A DNA stretch of 64,000 bases, from the NCBI GenBank assembly GCA_965223905.1, contig CBDCXV010000009.1, forward strand, positions 1 through 64,000. The letters run 5' to 3'. Both the position numbers and the translations under genes were made by a program. This stretch comes from Candidatus Latescibacterota bacterium (lineage in GTDB: Bacteria > Latescibacterota > UBA2968 > UBA8231). Under the pieces are notes generated by a model. The model worked only from the letters and a program-made list of their open reading frames with translations, ran no database searches and was not told where the DNA came from. How positions within the stretch are numbered: position 1 is the stretch's first letter; each line of letters starts with the position of its first letter. This document shows, one piece after another, positions 50,940-60,970 of the stretch.

Positions 50940-51859
50940 TCGTCGACGCCCACAACCACATCTTCCCCGAGGTCGACGGGGTCATCCGCGGCGGCGCCAC
51001 GCGCGGGGCCGGCTACGGGAACATGACCGTGGGCGGGCGGCGGACCGTGCGCATGTTCCCCCCCTTCAACGAGCGCACCGAGTTCACCCCGGAGATGCTG
51101 ATCGCCAATCTCGACTGGGCGGGCGTCGACAAGGCGGTGCTGCAGCAGGGCACGATATACGGCGAGTGCAACCAGTTCGTCCTCGACGCCGTGCGCCGCT
51201 ACCCGGACCGCCTGCTCGGCGCCCTGCACGCCGATCCCTGGCGCCCGGAGTACCGGCGGGAGTTCGACCGCATGCTGGCGACCGGGGAGTTCTCGGCGGT
51301 GAAGATCGAGTTCTCGTACGAGGCCGGATTATCCGGCGTTCACCTGGGGGCCCGCCTCGACGACGACGGCATCTCCTGGCTCTGGACGGCGACGGAAAAG
51401 ACCGGCGTTCCCCTCGTTCTCGACCTCGGCACCGCAGGAGATCCCTCGTACCAGACCGACGCCGTGCGCGGAATTGCCGGGAGCCACCCTTTACTCAGGA
51501 TCGTCATCGCCCACCTCGGGCAGCCCCGCAAGCAGGCGGAGCAGGCCGACCCGCTGAAGTGGCGGATGTGGCAGGAGCAGATCGCCCTCGGCAGGCTGCC
51601 GAACGTCTGGTTCGACATGGCGTCGCTGCCGGACTGGGAGGAGGACTTCCCCTACCCGGCGGCGCAGCGGTTTTTCAGACTGGCGGTCGAGGCCATCGGG
51701 CCGCGGAAGATCATGTGGGGCACCGACCAGCCGGGGACCCTCAAGCACCAGAACTACCCGGCCTGGCTGCGGCTGGCGCAGCTGCACACCGCGTTCCTGT
51801 CGCCGGACGAGCGCGCCCTGGTGCTGGGCGGCACCGCCCGGCAGGTGTACGGCGCCTGA
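50936..51859 (+). CDS. Amidohydrolase family 2 protein
   Basis: IVDAHNH, IAHLG, MWGTD; GTG overlaps the upstream stop. Confidence 0.88.
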   Translation: MIVDAHNHIFPEVDGVIRGGATRGAGYGNMTVGGRRTVRMFPPFNERTEFTPEMLIANLDWAGVDKAVLQQGTIYGECNQFVLDAVRRYPDRLLGALHADPWRPEYRREFDRMLATGEFSAVKIEFSYEAGLSGVHLGARLDDDGISWLWTATEKTGVPLVLDLGTAGDPSYQTDAVRGIAGSHPLLRIVIAHLGQPRKQAEQADPLKWRMWQEQIALGRLPNVWFDMASLPDWEEDFPYPAAQRFFRLAVEAIGPRKIMWGTDQPGTLKHQNYPAWLRLAQLHTAFLSPDERALVLGGTARQVYGA

Positions 51860-51914
51860 GGCGGCAGATCGGCTGTTCAGGGTACTGAAGGGTACTGAAT
51901 AGAGGGGAACTCGG

Positions 51915-54337
51915 ATGAAAAAAGCCCTGTTGTTCAACGCCGCCTTGCTGTGGGTCTGTATCCTGTTCGTACAGGATAGCGGCGCCCAAGACGATAACCC
52001 ATTGAGTTTGCCCGACGGGGCTATCGCCCGCCTCGGCAAAGGACCCATCGATGGAGGCGACCGAGGCGTGGCCTATTCGCCCGATGGCACGCGGCTGGCG
52101 GTGGTCAGTAGCCTGGGTATCTGGCTCTACGATTTAGGTAAAGTGCGTCGCCAACCACGAGTATGTCATTCACAGCAACGGGGAGTATGTCAATGGCAAG
52201 GCGCACACCAATGGCCTTGAATCCTTCTGGTCGACTCTGAAACAGGCATATCACTTCATCTATAGACACAACATATCCAAAAAATATTTCCCTCTATATG
52301 TCAACGAGATGGTAGGGCGACATAATATCAGGGACAAGGATACCATGGAGAAAATGGAATGGCTCGCTTCCAGGTTGTTGGAAAAGAAATAGACAGGCTC
52401 GGAACAGCGAGCAGCCGGCGTCATCTTCCAAGTCGTGCAGATAGACACGCTCGATGAAGACGTAATTGACGTTGATGGAAGTTCTGAATCTCCTTCCATC
52501 TCCCAGCTAAACAGTGGGACGGAGGATGTCCATTACTCTGAATTTTCTATTATATGGTTATACCATATTTTTCTTAAATTCGCGGGATAATATCGGTCCC
52601 ATACAGGTTACTCTCACGACGGAGGCAGAAGGGTATCGGAAGACTATGGCATTACTGGATCAGTCTGCTGTAGATGATGCAAAGTCGCTCCCTGATCGAT
52701 GTAAGGAATCTTGGGGAAGATAACATCAAGGGGAGCTCTCCCCCTGAGGTGCAGACAATGCGTCTGCTCCTGTATGGCTTACCGACATGGAGAAGCTAAC
52801 ATGCCAAAAACAAAAACAGCTTGTCTAATAGCCCTCTTCCTCGCCGCTCCGCTACAGTCCAGCGAGTGGAGCTTAGGCTTGGATCTCCCATTGCATCAGG
52901 GCGGCCCGAGCTTATGGAGAACTGGAGAAAGGTGGGGGTTTGGCCTTACTCTTGGAGGACCTATTGTCAGCCTGGGAGGGTGCTGCTCAAAAGCCAAACT
53001 TTACTATGCCTCGGGATCCCTTACGATACAGAGGTTCAGGGGTAGAATGTTTTTCTTCGGGGAAGTAACAGGGAAGGGTCGAGGCCAGGATAGTCATTAT
53101 GATGATAAAGGGGTTCTCATTAGAATGAGAGCCGGAGCTGGCATTTCCAGAAGGTATAAGGATTTCGGAGTCCTTATATCCTACGGATTTGGATATGAAG
53201 GCTGGGATGGAGATGGCATATACGAGAGAGTAGGACTGGACGCTTACCCGAGAGTAGTTGCCTACTGGACCCTCTGATGAATCCAAGGTTCTTGATCCTG
53301 TTCCTTCCCTTAATGCGCTCGTGGTATCCAGAGAAAAACTCACTGAGTTCGTCAGAACTGTCGAAAACAACCTCGCTGCTGGTCGGAAGATTACTATCAG
53401 TGTCGAATAGCTCCTCCTGCCATCCATCGCGCAACCTGTTACGTAGTATGTTCATAAGTCGTTGTCCCTTCGGGGACTTACACCGAATTCTATTTTTCCT
53501 TTATACTTTTGCGCAGTATTCGATATAAGCCCCTTGGCCAGTGGCGACATTTCGGGAGAGATCCGGTTGTGGGATGTGGCCGGCGGTCAGCTCCAGGACA
53601 TCCTTGAAGGGCATACGAGGGGGATCAGTTCCTTGGCGTTTTCTCCGGATGGAACCAAGCTGGCCAGTGGCAGTTGGGGCTCTTTCAGTGGTGAGCACAA
53701 CACCTTGCGTATGTGGGATGTGGACAACGGCAAAATCCGGGCAACCTTCGAAGGGTATGCGGAGGATGTCAATTCCCTTGGCTTTTCTCCTGAGGGGACC
53801 ACCCTGGCCAGTGCCCATGGGGACTACGAGCGAAGTGAAGACTACACGGTGCGGTTGTGGGATGCGGACAGCGGCCAGCTCCGGGCCACCTTGGAAGGGC
53901 ATACGCGTTTGGTCAATTCCGTGGTGTTTTCGCCGGATGGGTCCACCTTGGCCAGTGCCAGTGACGACCACACGATCCTGCTGTGGGATATGTCGCCGTA
54001 CATCACACAACCTCCACCTGTCCCCACGGGAATTGATACGGAATCCCGGGAAGGGCCGGTCGCCAGCGGCCTGGAGCCCAATGCCCCCAATCCTTTCAAC
54101 AGCACCACTCGAATCCCCTACCGCCTAGCCAGTCCCGGTCCCGTGCGGCTGGAGATCTACAATATCCTGGGACAGCGGGTGCGCACCTTGGTGAACGAGT
54201 TTCAGGGAGCCGGCTTCCACCGGGTTCAATGGGATGCTCGCGACCACCGGGGGGCGACGGTGGGGACTGGGGTCTATCTCATGCGCCTGCTTTATCCCGG
54301 CGGCGTGCAGGCAAGGCGGATGCTCTACCTTGAGTAG
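51915..54337 (+). pseudogene. Secreted WD40-repeat protein with FlgD-Ig-like C-terminal domain, split by ~1.4 kb of lower-GC DNA (~52135-53532)
   Basis: N-piece: signal peptide, LPDGAIARLGKG, AYSPDG..LA, IWLYD; C-piece: WD40 repeats and NAPNPFNSTTRIPY...GVYLMRL. Confidence 0.75.
52801..53277 (+). CDS. Small secreted beta-strand-rich hypothetical protein inside the insertion
   Basis: GGAG RBS, signal-like N-terminus, Gly/aromatic-rich strands, lower GC. Confidence 0.55.
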   Translation: MPKTKTACLIALFLAAPLQSSEWSLGLDLPLHQGGPSLWRTGERWGFGLTLGGPIVSLGGCCSKAKLYYASGSLTIQRFRGRMFFFGEVTGKGRGQDSHYDDKGVLIRMRAGAGISRRYKDFGVLISYGFGYEGWDGDGIYERVGLDAYPRVVAYWTL

Positions 54338-54593
54338 CCCGCCCGGCGAAGGGCGTCGTGGTGCTGGGCGGACCCGGAAGGTGTACGGCGCCTGAGGCGT
54401 CAGGTCCTGCCGAAACAGATCGCGGCCGGCGATGGCCCCAGGTCCGGCGCTGCAGGTCCTTCGCGGGAGCCTCCGAGCAGGCGGAATTCTCCGATGCGGA
54501 CGCCGTCCGGATCACTTCCCCGGCCCCGTTGCCCAAGCGTTCGAGATTTCGCACGTACTTTCCCACACATCTCTTCCAAGGAAACGGAACGTC

Positions 54594-55439
54594 ATGAGCG
54601 CCGAGCTGCTGCCTGCAACCAATGCAGACGGGCTTCCCGTCGTGCCGATGAGCGACGAGCAGAAGTACCTCTTCGATCTCAAGGGCTGGATCTGCCTGCC
54701 CGGCCTGCTGTCCGGGGACCAGCTCGAGGCGATCCGCGCCCATCAGCACGCCTTCCTCCACGACCGCGAGTCGCTGCCGCCGCAGGAGCGCGACAACCAC
54801 GGCGGACCGTCCGAGATCCTGCTCGATCACCCCGCGATCGTCGGCGTGCTCAACGAGATCCTGTCGCACCAGGGGCTCGCGTCGGAATCCTGTTACGGGT
54901 TCCGCTACGACCACACCTACACCAGCCGTCGCAGCGCGGGCAACGACAACTACAACCCGCACGGCGGCGGCGGGCTGTTCAACTTCGAGGGGAATTCCCA
55001 CATCTACCAGATGCAGCCGGGAAAGATCCACGCCGGCCTGACGCGGGTGGTGTGGGAGCTCAACGAGGTCGGACCCGGCGACGGAGGCACCCTGCTGTTG
55101 TCGGGAAGCCACAAGTCCGCCTTTCCCCGGCCCGACGCCCTCAGCGGGCGCGACTGCGACCTGTGGGAGACCTACGCCTGCCCCGCGGGGTCGGTGCTGA
55201 TCTTCACCGAAGCGCTGTGCCACACCGGAACGAAGTGGGTCAACGAAGAGCGGGACCGGCTGTCGCTGTTCACCTGCTACAACACGGTGAACTCCAAGTG
55301 GGGGAAGGGCTGCCCGGCGCCGGAAGTGATCGCCGCCATGAAGCCGAAGCGGCAAACCTTGTTCCGCGGCGTCTGGCACGGGATGAGGGACGTCCCGGGA
55401 ATCAACAAGTACTACGAAGCGGCGAACACGGCCGTGTAA
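54594..55439 (+). CDS. PhyH-family Fe/2OG enzyme with HxG in place of HxD
   Basis: YLFDLKGW, PHGGG, LLSGSHK, FTEALCH. Confidence 0.85.
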   Translation: MSAELLPATNADGLPVVPMSDEQKYLFDLKGWICLPGLLSGDQLEAIRAHQHAFLHDRESLPPQERDNHGGPSEILLDHPAIVGVLNEILSHQGLASESCYGFRYDHTYTSRRSAGNDNYNPHGGGGLFNFEGNSHIYQMQPGKIHAGLTRVVWELNEVGPGDGGTLLLSGSHKSAFPRPDALSGRDCDLWETYACPAGSVLIFTEALCHTGTKWVNEERDRLSLFTCYNTVNSKWGKGCPAPEVIAAMKPKRQTLFRGVWHGMRDVPGINKYYEAANTAV

Positions 55440-55461
55440 CCTTGCCTGTGACCCTCTCCGG

Positions 55462-56211
55462 TCACGCCGGCGGCGGCACCCAGGTGGCGAAGTACTCCGG
55501 AGCCCACTTGCGGGCGAGGAAATACGAGCGCGTCTCCTCCTGCCGGAGCGGGGACTGCACCTCGGCGTCGATCCAGGCCTCCGCCCCGGCGAGCCCGGGG
55601 AACTCCGCGATCCGGACCAGGTTCCAGTCCTGTTGGGGTGCGATCAGCTCGAACGCCTCGCAGCGCATCAGCCCGAAGTCGCGAGCGACCGATTTCATCA
55701 GGGCCTCCCGCTCCTCGTTGTCCCCCGTCCCTGCCCCGGGCTCGTCCGCCTCCGGCGGCCTCCGCCAGAACGTCAGGACGACGACCGAATCGCCGGAGAC
55801 CGACAGCGTGGGAACCGCCCGGGGATTGGCGTCGGCCGCAACCGCGACCGGCGGCGGCGGATTCGTCACCCATGCGTCGAGCTGTTCCCGGCGCCAGCGT
55901 GTGGCCAGGAAGTACTCGTAGAATCCGTAGCGCCCGTACGGCGGTGCGACCTCGTTCTCTATCCAGTCCCGCGCTCCGGCAAAGGTGGGAAACTCGATCG
56001 TCCAGAAGCGCTGCCAGTTCTGCTGCGGGGTGATGAGGCGGAAGCCCTGGAGGCCGATCATCCGGTGCCGGCTCGCCACCTCGAGCATGAGGTCGACGTG
56101 CTTCTGCTGATACTCCTCCCGCTGCTGGTCGGTGAGGGCATTCCACGTGGGAAGGCGTCCCCCCTTGTAGAGGACGACGACGCTGTCAGAGCTGGTGTCG
56201 GGCATTTCCAA
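55462..56211 (-). CDS. Hypothetical protein of two homologous halves (alpha-beta barrel-like)
   Basis: F.LI.PQQ.W....EFP..AGA..WI..EV...YFLA..W occurs twice; AGGAGG RBS. Confidence 0.75.
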   Translation of the reverse strand: MEMPDTSSDSVVVLYKGGRLPTWNALTDQQREEYQQKHVDLMLEVASRHRMIGLQGFRLITPQQNWQRFWTIEFPTFAGARDWIENEVAPPYGRYGFYEYFLATRWRREQLDAWVTNPPPPVAVAADANPRAVPTLSVSGDSVVVLTFWRRPPEADEPGAGTGDNEEREALMKSVARDFGLMRCEAFELIAPQQDWNLVRIAEFPGLAGAEAWIDAEVQSPLRQEETRSYFLARKWAPEYFATWVPPPA

Positions 56212-56491
56212 CCTCCTTTGATGGCTCCCATTGGCCGCCTAATTTAGCCCGCACCGGAAGTGGCGTTACGCGAGCCGCAGGGCCCCGCGGGACGAGCGGG
56301 AGGGCAGCCACGCCGGCGGCGAAGTGAGGGTGAGGCCACGGGGAAGTGGATTCATCTGGCACCTTGCAAGAAACCATGTCGGCCGGAAGGCCGCTGGCTT
56401 CTCTCAGGTGCGTGGGCCATTATCCGCGACATGCATTCCACGGCGGCTGCGGCACCGGCTGTCGGGACAAATTACCTGCAAAGAGGAAAGC

Positions 56492-56893
56492 ATGGCATCG
56501 AAGGTCGTGAAAACCGAAGAGGAGTGGAGGGAGATCCTCACGCCCGGGCAGTTCGACATCCTCCGGCGGAAGGGGACGGAGCGCCCGTTCACCGGGGAGT
56601 ACAACGACATCAAGGGGAAGGGGACGTTCGCCTGCGCCGGCTGCGGCGCCAAGCTGTTCAGCTCCGACACCAAGTTCGACTCCGGGACCGGGTGGCCGAG
56701 CTTCTACCAGCCGCACGATCCCGAAAGCATCGACGAGGAGACCGACCCCAGCTACGGCATGGTGCGGACCGAGGTCCTGTGCAGCGCCTGCGGCGGCCAC
56801 CTCGGCCACCTGTTTCCCGACGGGCCGCATCCCACCGGGATGCGCTACTGCATCAACTCGGCGGCGCTCCGGTTCGAGGAGGGGGCCGGTTAG
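56492..56893 (+). CDS. msrB: Peptide-methionine (R)-S-oxide reductase
   Basis: [42 protein letters not shown]. Confidence 0.97.
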   Translation: MASKVVKTEEEWREILTPGQFDILRRKGTERPFTGEYNDIKGKGTFACAGCGAKLFSSDTKFDSGTGWPSFYQPHDPESIDEETDPSYGMVRTEVLCSACGGHLGHLFPDGPHPTGMRYCINSAALRFEEGAG

Positions 56894-56922
56894 ACGATGA
56901 ATCACCGAAGAAAGGGAGCGAC

Positions 56923-57726
56923 ATGAGCGCCGTCAGCGCAGAGGAGCGGTTCCTGTTCGACCTGCAGGGGTTTCTGCTGCTGCGGCAGGTGCTGTCTCCC
57001 ACCGAATGCGAGCGTCTCCTCGGCAGGCTCCAGGCGGCCGAGAGCAGGGAGTACGAAGACCGCTGGCAGGATGACCTCGAAGAGGGCCGCAAGGGACGGC
57101 CGACCAAGGAGTTGAAGCGGGCCAACCAGGTCAGGATGAACGGCCTCCTGCGCCTCGACCCGGTGTTCGACGAGCTGATCGACCACCCCCGGGTGCTCCC
57201 CTACCTCGAGGAGTTCGTCGGCCTGCCCCAGCTGATCAATACCTGGTCGATCTCCAAGTTCGAGGGAGCGGTTCACAGCGGCTGGCACCGGGGGGTGCCG
57301 GTCTCCGACTACTCCTACTTCAACGGCGAGATCCGCTCCCGCATGTTCAACAGCGTCTGGTTCCTGACCGACAACGGCCCGGACGACGGCTGCGTCGTCG
57401 CCCTGCCGGGGTCGCACAAGAGCAGCTTCGACCTCCCCTTCGGCGACTACGAAGGTCTCGAGCTTCCGGGGGCGCAGCCGGTCACCGGCAAAGCGGGGGA
57501 CGTGCTGATGTTCTCCGAGACGGTGGTCCACAACGGCCTGCTGAAGACGACCCCCGGAATCCGCTCCAACCTGTATTTCAACTACGTCCACGCCCACTAC
57601 AACGTCATGTCGCGGGAGCCGATCAACTGTCACCACTTCTACCTGCCTCCCGGGATGCGCAGGAGGCTGACGCCGAAGCGGCTCGAGCTGACGCGCTGGA
57701 TGGAGCTGGCCCGCTGGGAGCATTGA
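56923..57726 (+). CDS. PhyH-family Fe/2OG enzyme with HxG in place of HxD
   Basis: FLFDLQGF, WHRG, LPGSHK, FSETVVH. Confidence 0.85.
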   Translation: MSAVSAEERFLFDLQGFLLLRQVLSPTECERLLGRLQAAESREYEDRWQDDLEEGRKGRPTKELKRANQVRMNGLLRLDPVFDELIDHPRVLPYLEEFVGLPQLINTWSISKFEGAVHSGWHRGVPVSDYSYFNGEIRSRMFNSVWFLTDNGPDDGCVVALPGSHKSSFDLPFGDYEGLELPGAQPVTGKAGDVLMFSETVVHNGLLKTTPGIRSNLYFNYVHAHYNVMSREPINCHHFYLPPGMRRRLTPKRLELTRWMELARWEH

Positions 57727-57897
57727 GGGCCGGGCCCGGGGGGATGGGCGGGCTGATCGGGACATGCACCCGGATTCCGAGCAGCTGGGGAGCCGGGCGA
57801 ATCGGCTGGCAGCGGGCATACCCACCGGGCGGGGATCTTGCTACGACTAGTTCTTTATAATACCTGCATAACACCTGTTTGAACAGGGGAGAGTGAA

Positions 57898-58836
57898 ATG
57901 CCGCAGGTCAAAATTACCGAGAATACCAGCCCAAGATCCATGGTATGCGTAACGACGAGTCAATTGATTGTGACGATTGCCTTGGTCATGTCCTTGTTGG
58001 TATGTCTCCATTCTTCTAGTTATGCTGATGACCTGACGGTTCTTATCGAAAAGCTGGCCCGGAATGCCAACCCGATAGCCAGTGGTATTGGTGAATTGGC
58101 ATTCCAGCAATTTGATGATAATGGTTTGTTAACATTGGACAAAACGGCTACAGTTGCCTTCAAAGGTGAGAATTTTTCAATTGTCCAAAAATACACCACA
58201 AGTCCGGAAGATGGTGTCACCGACACAACGCTGGTTAAGCAGACATTCGACGGTGAAAAACTAAGAGCGTACGAAACGCATTCCATGTCTGATGGGTTGT
58301 CGTGGACAAGGGGTGTCATACGGTCAGAGACAAAAATGGTTAATGAAATGCTTTTACCGATGACTTGGGGGCGAGTCTATGGTGGTGAACATCTTGTGTC
58401 TTCTCTTCTTCAACGGGAAGATTCGAACGGTAGGTTATTGGGCTCTGAGATCGTGAATGGTGAAGTTTGTCACCGAGTTGAGCTGGACTTTTTTGGAGGA
58501 CGAACGGAATTCTTGATAAATGAAAGCAAGCAGTTCGTATTTCAAGAAGTGAGGGTTCGTGTTCAAGGAAAGCTTCTTGGAAAAATTGACATAGATTTCA
58601 GAGAGCTGGAAAACGGTATTTGGTTCCCAAAGAGCGGTACATTCCATCGATACCACCACAACGCAGATGGCGAAGAATTGTTGTTCACGATAAAAGTGCA
58701 ATTCAGCGAACAATACCAAGTTAATGTTCCCATTGCCGCCGAGGAATTTAGATTGCAGTTTCCTCCAGACGAGCCTGTAGCGGACCTTACCAACGGAGGA
58801 ATCCCGGGGGGAGGGGGAATTTTTAGCCCTAGATGA
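57898..58836 (+). CDS. Exported hypothetical protein (LolA-like fold possible), low GC
   Basis: Signal/TM segment, G.EIVNGEVC, GIWFPK.G, VNVPI..EEF.L.FP. Confidence 0.65.
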   Translation: MPQVKITENTSPRSMVCVTTSQLIVTIALVMSLLVCLHSSSYADDLTVLIEKLARNANPIASGIGELAFQQFDDNGLLTLDKTATVAFKGENFSIVQKYTTSPEDGVTDTTLVKQTFDGEKLRAYETHSMSDGLSWTRGVIRSETKMVNEMLLPMTWGRVYGGEHLVSSLLQREDSNGRLLGSEIVNGEVCHRVELDFFGGRTEFLINESKQFVFQEVRVRVQGKLLGKIDIDFRELENGIWFPKSGTFHRYHHNADGEELLFTIKVQFSEQYQVNVPIAAEEFRLQFPPDEPVADLTNGGIPGGGGIFSPR

Positions 58837-59146
58837 TAGGGAGGTCGGGAGATTACCGGAAAATTGTTGTAGCCGTTAGGGTTTTTTGTTGGGTACGACA
58901 AAGGCGCTAGTCTCGCCTTTCGCGGACTCATGGCACAGTTAGTACCGTCAGCCTCCGTACCAAGGGGGGTTCGCTCTTTTCGCCCGCCCTCCCCTTTGCC
59001 CAACAGGATTCTGCGGTTTTTCGACCCGGGGGGGTGTGCCAGGTATTAGGCACTAGAATATGTGCCAAGTCACTGAACGCCCTTTCTCCACTGCATCCTA
59101 AAGGGTTTCCGGAATCTTTAATAAAAGCGCCTACATTTTTAAAAAA

Positions 59147-59481
59147 ATGAACATGCTAGCCACAATCTTATTTTTCGTTTTTTTATCTAATGTGCCTTCC
59201 GCGCTTTCGCAGACTCAGAAGGCCAATATGTGTGGTCTGAGAAGCCTTTACGTTATCCTGACCAACGCCGCCGCGGAAGGGCTCAATCGCATCATCCGCA
59301 TGGTCAAGAATCGAGCCAGTGGATTTAAAACTCTGGATGCCTTTGCAGACCTGATTTACCTGTGCGTCGGAGACCTCGATATCCCTGCGCAGATTCCGGC
59401 CCGATTCCGTACAGTGTGAAACCCTCAAAATCTCCCTCTGTAAACGCTATAAAATGTCCTTTGAAAAACCCGGATATAGCC
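59147..59481 (+). mobile_element. ISL3-family remnant (transposase C-terminus and right end) fused to a truncated exported gene
   Basis: TNAAAEGLNRIIRMVKNRASGFK is an ISL3 C-terminal motif; end reads GGCTATATCC on the - strand at 59481; preceded in frame by a signal peptide and NMCGLRSLY. Confidence 0.65.
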
Positions 59482-60146
59482 TTGCTTTTGGCCCAGATGG
59501 AATGCTCTACGTTGGGACGGGTGATATCCAACATCCCGAAACATCCCAAGATTTGAAAACACTCTCGGGAAAAATCCTTCGCATTACACCGGATGGGCGC
59601 ATTCCGGAAGACAATCCCTTCCCGGATTCGCCAGTATACTCTTACGGGAATCGTGTGGTCCAGGGTATGACCTGGGATCCACGAACTGACGCCCTATTTG
59701 CTTCGGAACATGGACCATCAGGTGAAATAGGTCCTAAACACCGGGACGAAATCAACATTATAAAGAGCGGGGGAAACTACGGTTGGCCTGCGGTCGTTGG
59801 CGCGCCAGGCATACAAGTCTACAGGGATCCCATTGTAATGTGGAAGGAATCGTCAGTGCCACCTGGAGGCATGACCTTCTACCGTGGAGATCTCTTCGTC
59901 GCCACTCTTGGCAGCCAGGCCCTTGTTCGCGTTCGCTTCAATAGAATCGGAATCGCCTATGAGGTATCCGGAATCGAACGCTGGTTCGCCAAGGATCTCA
60001 AAAGAGGACTATACGGGCGGCTGAGAGACGTGACAGTCGGACCCGATGGTGATCTTTATGTGCTTACTAGCAACAGAGATGGAGGGGCAAGAATCAGGCC
60101 AGGTGATGACAAAATCCTGCGTCTCAGGTGGTTGACTTCACAGTAG
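59482..60146 (+). pseudogene. PQQ-dependent glucose/sorbosone dehydrogenase family, N-terminally truncated
   Basis: LAFGPDGMLYV.TGD, GKILRI, SEHGP, DEIN, GNYGWP, GRLRDV..GPDG; begins at the IS end. Confidence 0.8.
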
Positions 60147-60438
60147 GCGCCGAGGCGCCGGGCCTGCATGGCGCCCGAGCAAGACGCATTGGGAGAAAGA
60201 ACCCCGGTTTGGGCAACGCCGGATCCGGCGGCAAGGACCGGTCGTAGCCCAGTTCGATTTCAACGGGCCGCCAGGGGAGCAGCCGCGAACAGCCAGGGCC
60301 CGGTGACGTCCGCAGCACCCCCCGGCATCATTCCGACCGGCCGCGCGGCATCGACTCGATGCGGGAGGGGTTCGTGGGCGCATCTGCCGGTGCGAAGGCA
60401 GACCGGGCAGGCGCTGGCAGAGGCGCCCAAGGTGGCTA

Positions 60439-60902
60439 GTGCTCTGTTAAAGAGTCGGCATTGAATTTTGGACCTTCACCAGCTTGGCATCGTCCCGGTT
60501 TCGATGTCGCCATACGAGGTATTCCTGCATGCGCTGGCCGACTTCTCGATGGTCCCTTGGGTCGCTGTTCCTGATAACGAAGTAGTGGGCGGCCGTAAGA
60601 TGGCATTCGAAACGATTTATCCAGGAGGCGTTGGTCGCGGTGAAGACTAGGGAGACCTGATTTCGCCGACACCATTGCCGGATCTGTTTGGTCGTGTGTG
60701 TCGACAAATTGTCGAGGACGAGGTAGATGCGTTGGGCTTTCCGGTACCGGCGCCAGATAGCCTGGGTTCAGTTCCTTGGATTCGGCCGCATCCGGTGTTC
60801 GAGCATGGAGACACATGGCAGAACCTACCAGAAAAAATGCCATATGTCCCAATGATACCACGACGAACGAGAAAGTACAAGCCTGAATCCTTAACGGAGC
60901 AC
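60439..60902 (-). mobile_element. Internally deleted IS630-family element (MITE-like)
   Basis: Inverted repeats GTGCTCTGTTAAAGAGTC vs GTGCTCCGTTAAGGATTC (15/18), TA on the left flank; degenerate transposase piece TNASWINRFE. Confidence 0.7.
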
Positions 60903-60970
60903 GAGGCGGGCGGGCCCCCGGCGGATTTCACCGCCCCGGCGACGCTGCCCCTGATCGGTTCCCCGCTTCG

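Noticed and set aside
52143-53533. Group II intron (GTGCG near the WD40 breakpoint)
   Set aside because: No domain V/VI, no reverse transcriptase, and the flanks do not rejoin into a complete WD40 repeat
57850-59140. Integron cassette array in the low-GC patch
   Set aside because: No integrase and no convincing paired attC RYYYAAC/GTTRRRY sites
60882-60890. CCTGAATCC matching the IS1380 inverted repeat
   Set aside because: Only 9 bp, largely overlapping the IS630 repeat; probably chance
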